Shown: positions 9,470 through 18,707 of the stretch, piece by piece
How positions within the stretch are numbered: the stretch's first letter is position 1
How the letters are laid out: the number at the start of each line of letters is the position of its first letter
IMG/VR virus record: IMGVR_UViG_3300048997_000130
Coordinates: 1 to 64,000 of that record
Direction: 5' to 3' (one strand)
DNA length: 64,000 bases
From: a virus
Made by a program: the position numbers and the translations under genes
Notes under the pieces: model-generated
Told to the model about the DNA's origin: nothing
Seen by the model: the letters and a program-made list of their open reading frames with translations, nothing else
Database searches by the model: none

Positions 9470-10180
9470 TCATGTGAACGGTCGGATTTCTTCTCCAATA
9501 TCTCGAGCGGCTTGGATTCGATTCTTAGAATCTAGAATAGGACGACCTACAACAATATAATCAGCTCCATCTTTAATTGCATCAGCTGGAGTTGCCACTC
9601 GAATCTGATCATTAGTTGCACTGCCAGCCGGACGAACTCCTGGAACAACTAAAACAGCTCCTGTTCCGAGTTTTTGACGTAAAACGTAGACTTCGTGGGG
9701 CGAACAAACAAATCCACGAATACCAGCATCCCAAGCTTGCTGGGCTAAATTGAGAGCTAATGAACCTGCGGACGAATTGGTAAGATAAGTATCACGAACA
9801 TCTTGATCAGATAATGAAGTAAGAACAGTTACAGCAAGCAAAGTTAGATTAGGAGGAGCAGCCTTAACAGCTTCCTCAAGCATTTTTTTCCCACCAGATG
9901 CATGCACGGTCAAAAAATCGATATTATGTCTAGAAACTGATTCGACAGCTTTAGCTACAGTATTAGGAATATCATGAAGTTTTAAATCCAGAAATATTTG
10001 AAGCCCGAGTTCTGGACCCAACGATAAAATATTGGAATCAGTTGATGTATAAAGTTGCAAACCGATTTTCAGAACACCGACATGTTCGTGTAAATCGGAT
10101 GCGATGTCCACTGCAGTTCCTGCGTCAGACACATCCAGCGGTAAAATGATTCGTCTATGAGGTCTAATATCCATTTGCAT
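9470..10180 (-). CDS. pyrF: Orotidine-5'-phosphate decarboxylase
   Basis: FLDLKLHDIPNTV catalytic motif, VTVLTS, VVPGVRP, DGADYIVVGRPI. Confidence 0.96.
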   Translation of the reverse strand: MQMDIRPHRRIILPLDVSDAGTAVDIASDLHEHVGVLKIGLQLYTSTDSNILSLGPELGLQIFLDLKLHDIPNTVAKAVESVSRHNIDFLTVHASGGKKMLEEAVKAAPPNLTLLAVTVLTSLSDQDVRDTYLTNSSAGSLALNLAQQAWDAGIRGFVCSPHEVYVLRQKLGTGAVLVVPGVRPAGSATNDQIRVATPADAIKDGADYIVVGRPILDSKNRIQAARDIGEEIRPFT

Positions 10181-10256
10181 TTCTCCAGTTTCGACATAAT
10201 TTACATTACAGACAATCTACAATAGCCGAATAAGAAACTGGACCTAGGATCGATAT

Positions 10257-10877
10257 TTAAATATCATCTTGCGATCGTTGACGAGCTTTACCTTTCAATG
10301 GTTCCATTGCACCGGCTGGTGGATTGGATAAAAGACCGTCAATAAATTCCACAATTCGTTGGCTAGCGTTGGTTATATCTTCAAATTCAATATTCATGTT
10401 TTCGTGTGAATCCGTTATTATTATATCACCCAATCCGACCTCTGTTCTAGTTTCGTCAGAAAACCCCATTCCATATTTACGTTTGAAATATCCGACTTCC
10501 AAAACAAACGGGACCTCAGTCCCTTGCATATTAGGATCGCCACCCTTGACTGACCAATCTGAGCGATTATTACCGGATGGGGATTTACTTTTCAATTCTG
10601 TGTCATATTCAAGTATGAATAGCAAGCTTCCCGTCAAAGCTTGCTTAATTCCATCGATTTCAGTTACTTTATTCCAAGCTGATGCAGGAGATCGCTCAAA
10701 TGATACGAATCCGTGACTGCGTTCATGAACAACAGGACCTTTTTCTATCAATTGATAGGGTCCTGGCAGCTTAGTATTCAGGGCTTCAGTAACTTCTTCA
10801 GCTAAAGTGGAAGCCAATGAAGAATCATCCGCCAATAGTAAGCGAAATGCAATACGATGCATACAATTAATTAACAC
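10257..10877 (-). CDS. Hypothetical protein
   Basis: 206-aa ORF in the local coding direction; no recognised motif. Confidence 0.6.
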   Translation of the reverse strand: MLINCMHRIAFRLLLADDSSLASTLAEEVTEALNTKLPGPYQLIEKGPVVHERSHGFVSFERSPASAWNKVTEIDGIKQALTGSLLFILEYDTELKSKSPSGNNRSDWSVKGGDPNMQGTEVPFVLEVGYFKRKYGMGFSDETRTEVGLGDIIITDSHENMNIEFEDITNASQRIVEFIDGLLSNPPAGAMEPLKGKARQRSQDDI

Positions 10878-10910
10878 ATCAAGACATTAAACTAAAGGGC
10901 CATCGGAATC

Positions 10911-11471
10911 ATGAATAATATTCAAGCATCCATGAATCGATCTATATCAATATTAAATATATTGATAATTGCCATCAAACAAGCTGATCCGGCCAAAAAG
11001 ATAAATATTACTAGAGCCATTACTAGAGCATCTGACGGCGATGAAATCAGCAAAAATATTGCATTGAATGCAGTATGCAACGCAGCATATACCAGTGAAT
11101 TTCTACTTGATATATGGAGTGAAGATAAATCTCATTCAGAAATTAGGAATATATTAAAGGAAGCATCCGAGAATTTGGCACACCAATTGGAATTGGATGT
11201 TCATCCGGATAATATGATGGAATTACTATTCAAAGAAGCAGATAGAGGATTAGTTTATTTACCGGTCGAATTAATCCGGGAGTTATATAAATTCGGAAAG
11301 GCGATATCAGACATAAAGCACGGAATAATTCGAGCTTCTGAAGCTGAACTAAACATCAAACAATTGTTTGATGTAGCAAGTGATTGGACAGAACAATTAG
11401 AAAATAGATGGGGAAAGGATAATAATACTGTATTGGTTCCGATACGACCTCTTTCAAAAATTCCATTTTAA
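10911..11471 (+). CDS. Hypothetical protein
   Basis: 186-aa ORF, non-overlapping. Confidence 0.6.
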   Translation: MNNIQASMNRSISILNILIIAIKQADPAKKINITRAITRASDGDEISKNIALNAVCNAAYTSEFLLDIWSEDKSHSEIRNILKEASENLAHQLELDVHPDNMMELLFKEADRGLVYLPVELIRELYKFGKAISDIKHGIIRASEAELNIKQLFDVASDWTEQLENRWGKDNNTVLVPIRPLSKIPF

Positions 11472-11509
11472 TTATCAAATTTTTGTTAGATAATTAAAAT
11501 TACCTACAT

Positions 11510-11815
11510 ATGGACAATGCAGATTCCAAGCACATAAATATTATTCCGGCAATAAAGCACGAACTCAGTGGAGTTCGTGCTGAACTGGAAAAATATAAAA
11601 CAAATGGAATATCAGAAGAAGAAGCTCAAGATTTAATTAAATGGCTAGAAAACATAGAAGGCATGGTAAAAGCCGCTAGCATAACTAAGCAATCTAGTCC
11701 AAAACAATTGGCAAATATTCTCATAGGTATTGCCAATACTGTTGACAGTCAGAATCAACAATGTGCAATGAATAGTCTACGTCATATTGAATATGAATTA
11801 TTGACTAACAAATAA
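11510..11815 (+). CDS. Hypothetical protein
   Basis: 101-aa helical ORF. Confidence 0.55.
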   Translation: MDNADSKHINIIPAIKHELSGVRAELEKYKTNGISEEEAQDLIKWLENIEGMVKAASITKQSSPKQLANILIGIANTVDSQNQQCAMNSLRHIEYELLTNK

Positions 11816-12211
11816 TTTATCTAGATCATATGATCGGAATCTTATCATAGCAGATTCCTTCAGCCCGATGTCATAATCTGATTGTTCAAGAATCAACATA
11901 AATAATTCTTGAATATGATTCAAGAATCCAGCGTGGATTTTAGGGGAATTGAACGCATCAAGATGGGATTGGATATATTTTCGTATCGAACATTCGGATT
12001 GTTCAACCAGCCTTTGCTCCTCAATCAAACAAAAATGACCGGGAGCCACTAATAATGAGAACATTTCCCTTCGAACTAAACGACTGGCATAATCTACCAT
12101 CATCTGCTTAGGAAATAATTCCTTGATCGTATTCCAATCAACAGATCGAGATTTAGATTGGGTTGAACATAACCCAACCGAATTCAATACGCCTTTCCCA
12201 ATAATATTCAC
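11798..12211 (-). CDS. Hypothetical protein
   Basis: GTG start preceded by GGAGG Shine-Dalgarno. Confidence 0.6.
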   Translation of the reverse strand: MNIIGKGVLNSVGLCSTQSKSRSVDWNTIKELFPKQMMVDYASRLVRREMFSLLVAPGHFCLIEEQRLVEQSECSIRKYIQSHLDAFNSPKIHAGFLNHIQELFMLILEQSDYDIGLKESAMIRFRSYDLDKLFVSQ

Positions 12212-12362
12212 ATCGCCTCCTATATAATGTATGAGGCCGTTCGGAATGCAAAAATCGAGCCTAGGATCTTAGAACTTTATTATAACAGAGAAAACTTTTT
12301 TTGGCTATATTTTTATTACCAAATATGAATCTACGTGCTTCGACGCACGTAGAAAGCCGTTA

Positions 12363-12971
12363 CTATTGTGTCAAATTGGTACCAGATATAATATCAGATA
12401 AACTAATATGCTTGAGTTGATTCCTCACAAGCATCAAAATTTTTCCTAATTTATTTTGACCTGTTTTCTGAGCTCCCCAACCCCAATATGAATCTCGTGC
12501 AGAATCTTCTATTATGTGTTTCTCCTCTGTTCCAAGGAGAACTTGTGATAAAGCAGGATGTTGACTGAATTTTGCCAACACAATCTCATACATATATAAA
12601 TCTTTGACTTTCTCTAATACATCCCTAGTAGCATTATTAATATCAAAATTACTATGTTTGGGATTCCGAATACGGACTTGAACACATGAAATATCAAGTT
12701 CCCAATCTGCTCGGATTTTATATTCAGGATTCCTTCCGATAGCCGCGGCTTTACCTGGACTAGATGCTTTCACGATTAAATCGAAAATTTTTTCAAAATT
12801 TTCGAATTTCATAGCTTGATAAGCATGTTCACTAGTACGCCAGCGTCTACCATAAATACGTACGCTATGATTAGAAAAATTAGAAAAACATCCGTATTCA
12901 TCAACAGGATTATAAAATAATATCAAATTATTCATCAAATAATCTCTACAGTAAGAACGTTTTGTAATCAA
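12363..12971 (-). CDS. NADAR (YbiA-like) family protein
   Basis: YGCFSNF, WRTSEHAYQAMKF, AKFSQH, IIEDSARDSYWG, GQNKLGKILM. Confidence 0.92.
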   Translation of the reverse strand: MITKRSYCRDYLMNNLILFYNPVDEYGCFSNFSNHSVRIYGRRWRTSEHAYQAMKFENFEKIFDLIVKASSPGKAAAIGRNPEYKIRADWELDISCVQVRIRNPKHSNFDINNATRDVLEKVKDLYMYEIVLAKFSQHPALSQVLLGTEEKHIIEDSARDSYWGWGAQKTGQNKLGKILMLVRNQLKHISLSDIISGTNLTQ

Positions 12972-12993
12972 TTAGTCTTCAAATTAGACAGAT

Positions 12994-13443
12994 TTGGTCT
13001 TTAATATACAATACTATAATATGAAAGCCATAAATGCAAGTGCAGATACATTTGTGGAGGCGTTGGATAACAAAATAACAACCTTCCTACACAAGAATAA
13101 AACAGCCATAATAAAAGAATACAGAGAAAAAGCCGGTCGTGGAGTCCCAGATAATGAAGTCAACCAGTTTTTATCGGAACTCGGAGACAGGATTTATGAA
13201 TCAATAACGTTAGATCCTGCACAACTGGATCGGTTCATAAATTTTTACGCAAATGATGATAAATTACAAAAGTTTGTTTCAGAATCAATTGATTCTTTGA
13301 ATGTATATCCGAGAGCCGCCGCTTCGCCTGAAAAGATTTCCGGGCTTTTGAAAGCCATGGCAACGCAAATTAATCAATCAGCCACATCTAATAAACTTAA
13401 ACTCGCCAACAACATCAAAACGATCTTAAACAGCATTATTTAA
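12994..13443 (+). CDS. Hypothetical protein
   Basis: 149-aa ORF. Confidence 0.55.
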   Translation: MVFNIQYYNMKAINASADTFVEALDNKITTFLHKNKTAIIKEYREKAGRGVPDNEVNQFLSELGDRIYESITLDPAQLDRFINFYANDDKLQKFVSESIDSLNVYPRAAASPEKISGLLKAMATQINQSATSNKLKLANNIKTILNSII

Positions 13444-13586
13444 TAAATATTTACTCCGATATTTAATCGAATCATGTTTGGCGTGTTATGCCAAAAAAGC
13501 GAATTAATAACAATGATTTGTAATCATGAAACATAATTGGATATGATAATAACATCTTACTAAGTTAGAAAAATTGGCAAGGTGCT

Positions 13587-13781
13587 ATGATCATGTCAAT
13601 AATAACTGCATCCGATTGGTTCAAATCATTAGATAGTGGAACGAGAAAACATATATTATCATTATTACATATATATAGACAAATGTTATCTAGGAAAAAG
13701 GGCGAAGGATTGATACTTCAATTAGTTGCTAAATTAGAAGAAGATCATCAAATTCAAAAAGATATGGACGGAGAAAAATAA
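13587..13781 (+). CDS. Small hypothetical protein
   Basis: 64-aa ORF in otherwise empty gap. Confidence 0.45.
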   Translation: MIMSIITASDWFKSLDSGTRKHILSLLHIYRQMLSRKKGEGLILQLVAKLEEDHQIQKDMDGEK

Positions 13782-13808
13782 CTGCATTCCGTCCATATCA
13801 ACATCGAA

Positions 13809-14864
13809 CTATTGAGGAGCAGGTGGTTGATATCGACCACCTACTGCCGAAAATCCATCACCACATATTCCAGAATAAACTATCAATTCGGATCCAGTCC
13901 AAGCTGATGGTCCTTCAGGACATATTCCGGAAGGCATCGTGGAACTATCTGAAATAGTCTCAGCAGTTGACCGATCATATATCGCAACACCATTGGTTGA
14001 TATAGAATATAAACGGCGTCCATCGTCACTTTGTCGAGACCCGTAAAAGGCATTCAGACTTTCAGGAGCATCCCAAGGAAACCAATAACCACCTTCATAG
14101 GATAGACCAGTGCTGCCGCCAGAATAAATATGAACAGAAATCCCATCAGCAAACATTTGAACACCACCAGTTCGTTCGCAGCCTTCATTGAGACATGAAG
14201 AATCTTGCCATGTCTCATGAACAGGATCATATAATCCACTATTATATATTCCTGCTGCTTCATTGGTACTACCACCGAAAATCATCAATGAATTGTCTTT
14301 CCAAGCCATCCCAGTGTTATAACTAGAAGGAGGAGCATTATCGATTGAAGATTGTATCCATGATGTACTTGAAATATTCGGAAGTTGCTCCATTCCACGA
14401 TCCAAATAATAACCATCCCAACAGGATGCCAGACCACCATAGGTGAATACACCATATGGCGTAGAAACAGCAGAATGTTGAGCTCGAGGAGAATTCAAAT
14501 CAGGAAGAGAATTCCAAGAATCAGTAACAGGATCATAAGCCGCCGTGGAAGCTTCTGGAGGAGCATTATAATCGGATGAGGAACATCCACCGAGAATGAC
14601 ATATTTCCCATCAATCGCTGCCGCAGCAGCAACGCCTCGAGGCGTTGGAGCATTGACTGTAGATATCGGAAGCCAAGCTGGTAAGCATTTACCTGTGTCA
14701 CATGATCTGCCACCAACACAAGCATATCCCACTGCACCACAATTATCGGAATCAGAATTTAAATCCAATGTTTGTCGTGTGGTCCCGACATTCGAATCAG
14801 ATCCGGACGCCCCGCATGCTGTTAATATAAATAAACCCAATGATATATATAAGAATCGATACAT
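13809..14864 (-). CDS. Lipoprotein with Cys-rich repeat and Kelch-type beta-propeller
   Basis: Start reassigned to ATG 14864: MYRFLYISLGLFILTAC signal plus lipobox; DLNSDSDNCGAVGYACVGGRSCDTGKC; Kelch-like ILGG, YDPVTDSW, PRAQHSAV, FTYGG, MIFGG, YDPVHETW. Confidence 0.75.
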   Translation of the reverse strand: MYRFLYISLGLFILTACGASGSDSNVGTTRQTLDLNSDSDNCGAVGYACVGGRSCDTGKCLPAWLPISTVNAPTPRGVAAAAAIDGKYVILGGCSSSDYNAPPEASTAAYDPVTDSWNSLPDLNSPRAQHSAVSTPYGVFTYGGLASCWDGYYLDRGMEQLPNISSTSWIQSSIDNAPPSSYNTGMAWKDNSLMIFGGSTNEAAGIYNSGLYDPVHETWQDSSCLNEGCERTGGVQMFADGISVHIYSGGSTGLSYEGGYWFPWDAPESLNAFYGSRQSDDGRRLYSISTNGVAIYDRSTAETISDSSTMPSGICPEGPSAWTGSELIVYSGICGDGFSAVGGRYQPPAPQ

Positions 14865-14958
14865 AATGGCCTGCTTTTGGAATGGGTGTCTGAATCCACC
14901 GATAGACCAAACGGCCGATACACATGTTGACTTAATGATAGATATAATATAGGATATC

Positions 14959-15969
14959 TTAACTAGAAATGCGCCAAGCCAATTGTTTACCTGAATGAAA
15001 CGGCACGATTCCATGGATTTCTTTAGGAACTATCCATGGAATCCGCTCTAAAGTTATAGAACCTTCGTTAAGTGGAAGTCCGTAAAACATCGCTCCAAAT
15101 GTGGACATGAAATCATTTACTTTATTTAGAGCAAAATTATCATCAAAAATCGGAATTATTGATTCAACGGCACATGGAGCTGAAAAAATACCGGCACATC
15201 CAGAAGCACATTCTTTGGATTCGCGAAGATGTGGAGCACTGTCTGAACCAAAGAAAAATTTAGGATCTCCGGACGTAGCAGCACGAATCAATGCTTGCTT
15301 ATCTTCAATTGTTTTAGCAACAGGTTTACAAAAAGCGTGCGGATTGAGGTTTCCTCCAATCATATCGTCAAGAGTCAAATATAAATGATGAGCCGTAATA
15401 GTGGCCGCCACGTTGGATAAACTAGATACGACTTCAACTGCTGCTGCTGTAGTAATATGTTCAAGAACGATTCGGAGTTTAGGAAATGTGGCAGCAATTG
15501 TTTGCAGATGGCATAGAAAAACATGTTCTCTGCGAAGAGTTGGAACTCGAGGATCTTCGCCATGTAAGCATAAAACGATATTATTATCTTCCATAGCCTC
15601 AAAAATATTAAATAAATCATATATGTTTGATACAGCATCAACATCAGATGAATTATGAGTTACGCCTTCAGGATATAATTTCCCGGCTATTACGTGCGAT
15701 CCAGAGAGATTGGCGATTTGTTCAGGCGTGGTAGATCGAAGCAATTTAATTGTTAAAAGCGGCTGGAAATCATATTGACCAGTAGCTTCCATAATTTCTC
15801 GTTTATAACACACGGCATCACCGGCTTGCCGAATGGGAATTTTAGTATTCGGCATTACCAGAGCCCGAGCAAATACTCGAGCCGTATAAGGTGCTACTTG
15901 TTTTAGAAGTTCGCCTTCACGAAAATGTACATGGAAATCATCCGGCCGCCGTATAACTAATTTAGACAT
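14959..15969 (-). CDS. pyrC: Dihydroorotase (type II)
   Basis: PDDFHVHFR, LVMPN, KLYP (carbamylated Lys), LHGE, EHITT, CKPVAK, GSDSAPH. Confidence 0.96.
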   Translation of the reverse strand: MSKLVIRRPDDFHVHFREGELLKQVAPYTARVFARALVMPNTKIPIRQAGDAVCYKREIMEATGQYDFQPLLTIKLLRSTTPEQIANLSGSHVIAGKLYPEGVTHNSSDVDAVSNIYDLFNIFEAMEDNNIVLCLHGEDPRVPTLRREHVFLCHLQTIAATFPKLRIVLEHITTAAAVEVVSSLSNVAATITAHHLYLTLDDMIGGNLNPHAFCKPVAKTIEDKQALIRAATSGDPKFFFGSDSAPHLRESKECASGCAGIFSAPCAVESIIPIFDDNFALNKVNDFMSTFGAMFYGLPLNEGSITLERIPWIVPKEIHGIVPFHSGKQLAWRISS

Positions 15970-15997
15970 AAAAGTTAGTTATACATTACAACAATTC

Positions 15998-16210
15998 TTA
16001 CACAACAATCAATCTACATAATTCGATACATATCCCAAGATTGGCATCAGATCTAGAAGAAGCTACAAATATAGTGATGGAAACACGATCACTGAATAAT
16101 TTCTTAATTTTAATTATCTCTGATTCAGATATTTCGCATAAATCTGGGAGTTGGAAAGTGATTTTTATCTCCATATTCATGCGAATATGAATGGATTTTA
16201 TTATCATCAC
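15998..16210 (-). CDS. Small hypothetical protein
   Basis: 70-aa ORF, co-directional. Confidence 0.35.
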   Translation of the reverse strand: MMIIKSIHIRMNMEIKITFQLPDLCEISESEIIKIKKLFSDRVSITIFVASSRSDANLGICIELCRLIVV

Positions 16211-16258
16211 ATAGTTGTGATTGAATCTGATCTTGAGTAATTTTATTGAATTCCATAT

Positions 16259-16483
16259 TCATGATTTCATAATGTCGCCAATAAGTTCCAGTTTCTCTTC
16301 ATCAACGGTCATATATGTCCAAGTTGTAATATAGCGTTTCATTGAAGGAATAAAAATTCGTATATTACCTTGAACATCAGCTGGTCCCAGATAATTGGCA
16401 AGGACTTTCTTGCCTTTATAGTCAACATAAATCCGTTGATTATAACCTAAATGCCCTCGAGATCCCGAGTCCGCTTTTCCCAT
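16259..16483 (-). CDS. Small hypothetical protein
   Basis: 74-aa ORF, co-directional. Confidence 0.55.
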   Translation of the reverse strand: MGKADSGSRGHLGYNQRIYVDYKGKKVLANYLGPADVQGNIRIFIPSMKRYITTWTYMTVDEEKLELIGDIMKS

Positions 16484-16513
16484 AACGGGATCTTACATGC
16501 TAGAAAGTGAAAT

Positions 16514-16975
16514 CTACGAACCTATATGTTGCTTAGAAGCGGCGACTTCAAGCAATAGATCCCAAAGCGGGCGACTCTCGTCCATAGATCCATCTTCGGA
16601 ATCTTCCAGGAAGCTTTCTGGATCAAGTTCGCCAAGATTCAACATTTCAATACCATTAGGAGCGTCCCAGGGGATTCCATCGATAGTGATGTCCAAATCC
16701 ACATTATCGTTATCCGAAGTCCCGGAAACCGCAATGGTTTTACCCGACGGCGAAATTAAAATGAATTGACCAGAAACAACGCCTTGCGGATGTTCCTGAC
16801 TAACAGGTTCATATTGAGAGACTTCTGCCTTCTGCACTTTGAACCCAGAAAGATTTTCCATAGCTAAAAATACACGCTGAATATTTTTGGCGACGAGCTT
16901 TCGAGAAGGACGTTCGGCATGTTGGATATTATGCGCAAGCTTTCGCAAATAAGAAGAAACATGCTTAGGATCCAT
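16514..16975 (-). CDS. Hypothetical protein
   Basis: 153-aa ORF, N-terminal YLRKLAH helix resembling other head-region proteins. Confidence 0.65.
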   Translation of the reverse strand: MDPKHVSSYLRKLAHNIQHAERPSRKLVAKNIQRVFLAMENLSGFKVQKAEVSQYEPVSQEHPQGVVSGQFILISPSGKTIAVSGTSDNDNVDLDITIDGIPWDAPNGIEMLNLGELDPESFLEDSEDGSMDESRPLWDLLLEVAASKQHIGS

Positions 16976-17531
16976 GCTGATATGAAATATTAAAAGCTTG
17001 GATTAAGAGGAACCATTCATTAGGAGTCATTTGGCCTTTCCGAATATTACATGGTGCGCATGCTGGGCGCAAATTCGATAATATATGAGGCCCACCCAGT
17101 TCGAGAGGCTTCACATGATCCCAGTGTTCGAAAGGCCCAGAACAATATGCACATTGACCACCAAAAATGGTTAAACGATCACGCAACATAACTTGAGTGA
17201 TTTTAATAACTTGAGATCCTTTCTTCCTTGCTCGCCTCCGTTGTTGAGCCTCCAAACGCCTTCCGGGATTATTTTTTGCCCATCTTGCAGCTTTTGCAGC
17301 TATTTTCCCTGGGTTATTCAATCTCCATAATTTATCGGCCTGCTTCAAATCAATTAAATGCGAAGCTCTATATGCTCGAGTCTTTTCTAACGTCGGAATT
17401 GGATTTTCTTGATAACGCTTTTTCTTATAATCAGAAAAGCAACCTTTGCACATTTTGTTTTTGCATTTTTCCTCGATGGCTTGAGGAACTCTGCATTTAT
17501 AACAAACAAAGATTGTTATCGTATCTTCCAT
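16965..17531 (-). CDS. HNH homing endonuclease
   Basis: N-terminal CxxC...CxxC and basic helix; CAYC, WDHVKPLELGG, SNLRPACAPCNIRKG. Confidence 0.9.
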   Translation of the reverse strand: MEDTITIFVCYKCRVPQAIEEKCKNKMCKGCFSDYKKKRYQENPIPTLEKTRAYRASHLIDLKQADKLWRLNNPGKIAAKAARWAKNNPGRRLEAQQRRRARKKGSQVIKITQVMLRDRLTIFGGQCAYCSGPFEHWDHVKPLELGGPHILSNLRPACAPCNIRKGQMTPNEWFLLIQAFNISYQHGS

Positions 17532-17642
17532 TACGTAGTAATATCTAAGACAATCATAAAACGCATCAAATTAATAAAGAATTAATCTTACATTCTCGAA
17601 TGATTAATTTGATAATCTATAATTATTACGTAATGGAAGATA
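17522..17642. repeat. Perfect 16-bp inverted repeat covering the HNH start codon
   Basis: 17522-17537 TATCTTCCATTACGTA is the reverse complement of 17627-17642 TACGTAATGGAAGATA; partial extra arm TGGAAGATAC at 17679-17688. Confidence 0.85.
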
Positions 17643-17704
17643 TAACAAATAAATTTGATAATTTGATAATCTAATATGTGGAAGATACGAAATAGTTTAA
17701 AAAC

Positions 17705-17747
17705 TTTTTGGCCCGACCAGCAGTATTAGTGCCAATCGGGCCAAAAA
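17705..17747 (-). terminator. Second hairpin downstream of capsid gene (probable terminator)
   Basis: 12-bp stem TTTTTGGCCCGA / TCGGGCCAAAAA followed by GTTTTT on minus strand. Confidence 0.55.
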
Positions 17748-17778
17748 AGCAAAAGAAAAGGCCAAAGAAAGCCTTCCC
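17745..17778 (-). terminator. Rho-independent terminator after major capsid gene
   Basis: Minus strand AAGGC-tttctttg-GCCTT followed by TTCTTTTGCTTTTTT, just after stop at 17787. Confidence 0.65.
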
Positions 17779-17786
17779 TTATATTA

Positions 17787-18683
17787 TCAGCGCGTTACAA
17801 TCAAACGGACCAAGCCGCGTGGATTATAGGCACCAATCCCAAGATTCTCGAAAATCGAGAATCCTATTGTACGATCTTCCGTATTATCCGCCGAAAGAAC
17901 AGTGAGTTCCGTCCGGACTGGAATACGGCCGAAATGCTCGGGCTCGCAGCAGCAGTACACAACACCTGCCGGAACCAGTCTGGATACAATGAACTGGGCA
18001 TTCCAGCCGGTCGCCATCATGCCAGTCTTCCAAAGTGTGGCCTGTGATTCAATATCCAGGACATCACGACCGAACTTCCGGACGTCTGCATAATCACGTG
18101 CGTTCATGTAAACGCGCGCAACACGCAAATCATGGAATTCGATTTCAGCGAACGCGTCTGCAAGGACGGCCGGCGAAATCGGAGCAACAACCGGAATATC
18201 CGGATTGGTTCCACCTGGAAGACTATCAAAACCATTGATAGCAATGGCGTCCATGATGCTGAAGACGCGATCGTCTTCAGCCGCTTGGATTTGAGCCTTA
18301 CCAAGATCCTGCATACGCTTCAGAAGGTCGTATCGACGCTCCTTGATCTGCGTGAGAGGAGCTCGCGGCAGGGCCGCAATCTCGAACAACGGGAAAATCA
18401 CGCGGCGTGGCTTCATAACCGCCGTGATGCTCTCGCCTTCCTCACCAATCACGTATGCCGTGACGTCAGGATCCTTATCATAAATCGGCAGAGCTCCATC
18501 AGGAATCTGCTCGACTAAAAAGGTTTTGCGACCAACTGACGAATAATCGCGGCGTTCGCGCAAGGATTGGATCATCGAAGCTGCTAACCGGCGACGGCCA
18601 GCATTAGTTCCGATGTGTCTGTCAACAATTTGTTCCCGAATGGTGTTATCAACCACCTGGACGCCGAAGTTATTAGGATTCAT
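17787..18683 (-). CDS. Major capsid protein (HK97-fold, jumbo-phage type)
   Basis: RRLAASMIQSLRERRDYSSVGRK, LPIYDKD, FEIAALP, IQAAED pattern recalled from large-phage capsids; position after scaffold and decoration genes; strong GC-rich codon bias; followed by terminator. Confidence 0.8.
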   Translation of the reverse strand: MNPNNFGVQVVDNTIREQIVDRHIGTNAGRRRLAASMIQSLRERRDYSSVGRKTFLVEQIPDGALPIYDKDPDVTAYVIGEEGESITAVMKPRRVIFPLFEIAALPRAPLTQIKERRYDLLKRMQDLGKAQIQAAEDDRVFSIMDAIAINGFDSLPGGTNPDIPVVAPISPAVLADAFAEIEFHDLRVARVYMNARDYADVRKFGRDVLDIESQATLWKTGMMATGWNAQFIVSRLVPAGVVYCCCEPEHFGRIPVRTELTVLSADNTEDRTIGFSIFENLGIGAYNPRGLVRLIVTR

Positions 18684-18707
18684 GATATTTAGTTCCTTTC
18701 CTTCGGC

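Noticed and set aside
10243-12268. CCTAGGATC present in two intergenic gaps
   Set aside because: Only two copies, with different spacing to the downstream genes; could be chance
12330-12353. 9-bp hairpin TCTACGTGC-TTCGAC-GCACGTAGA resembling an IS200/IS605 end
   Set aside because: No transposase or TnpB nearby, single copy, no typical terminal motif; may be a simple terminator between genes
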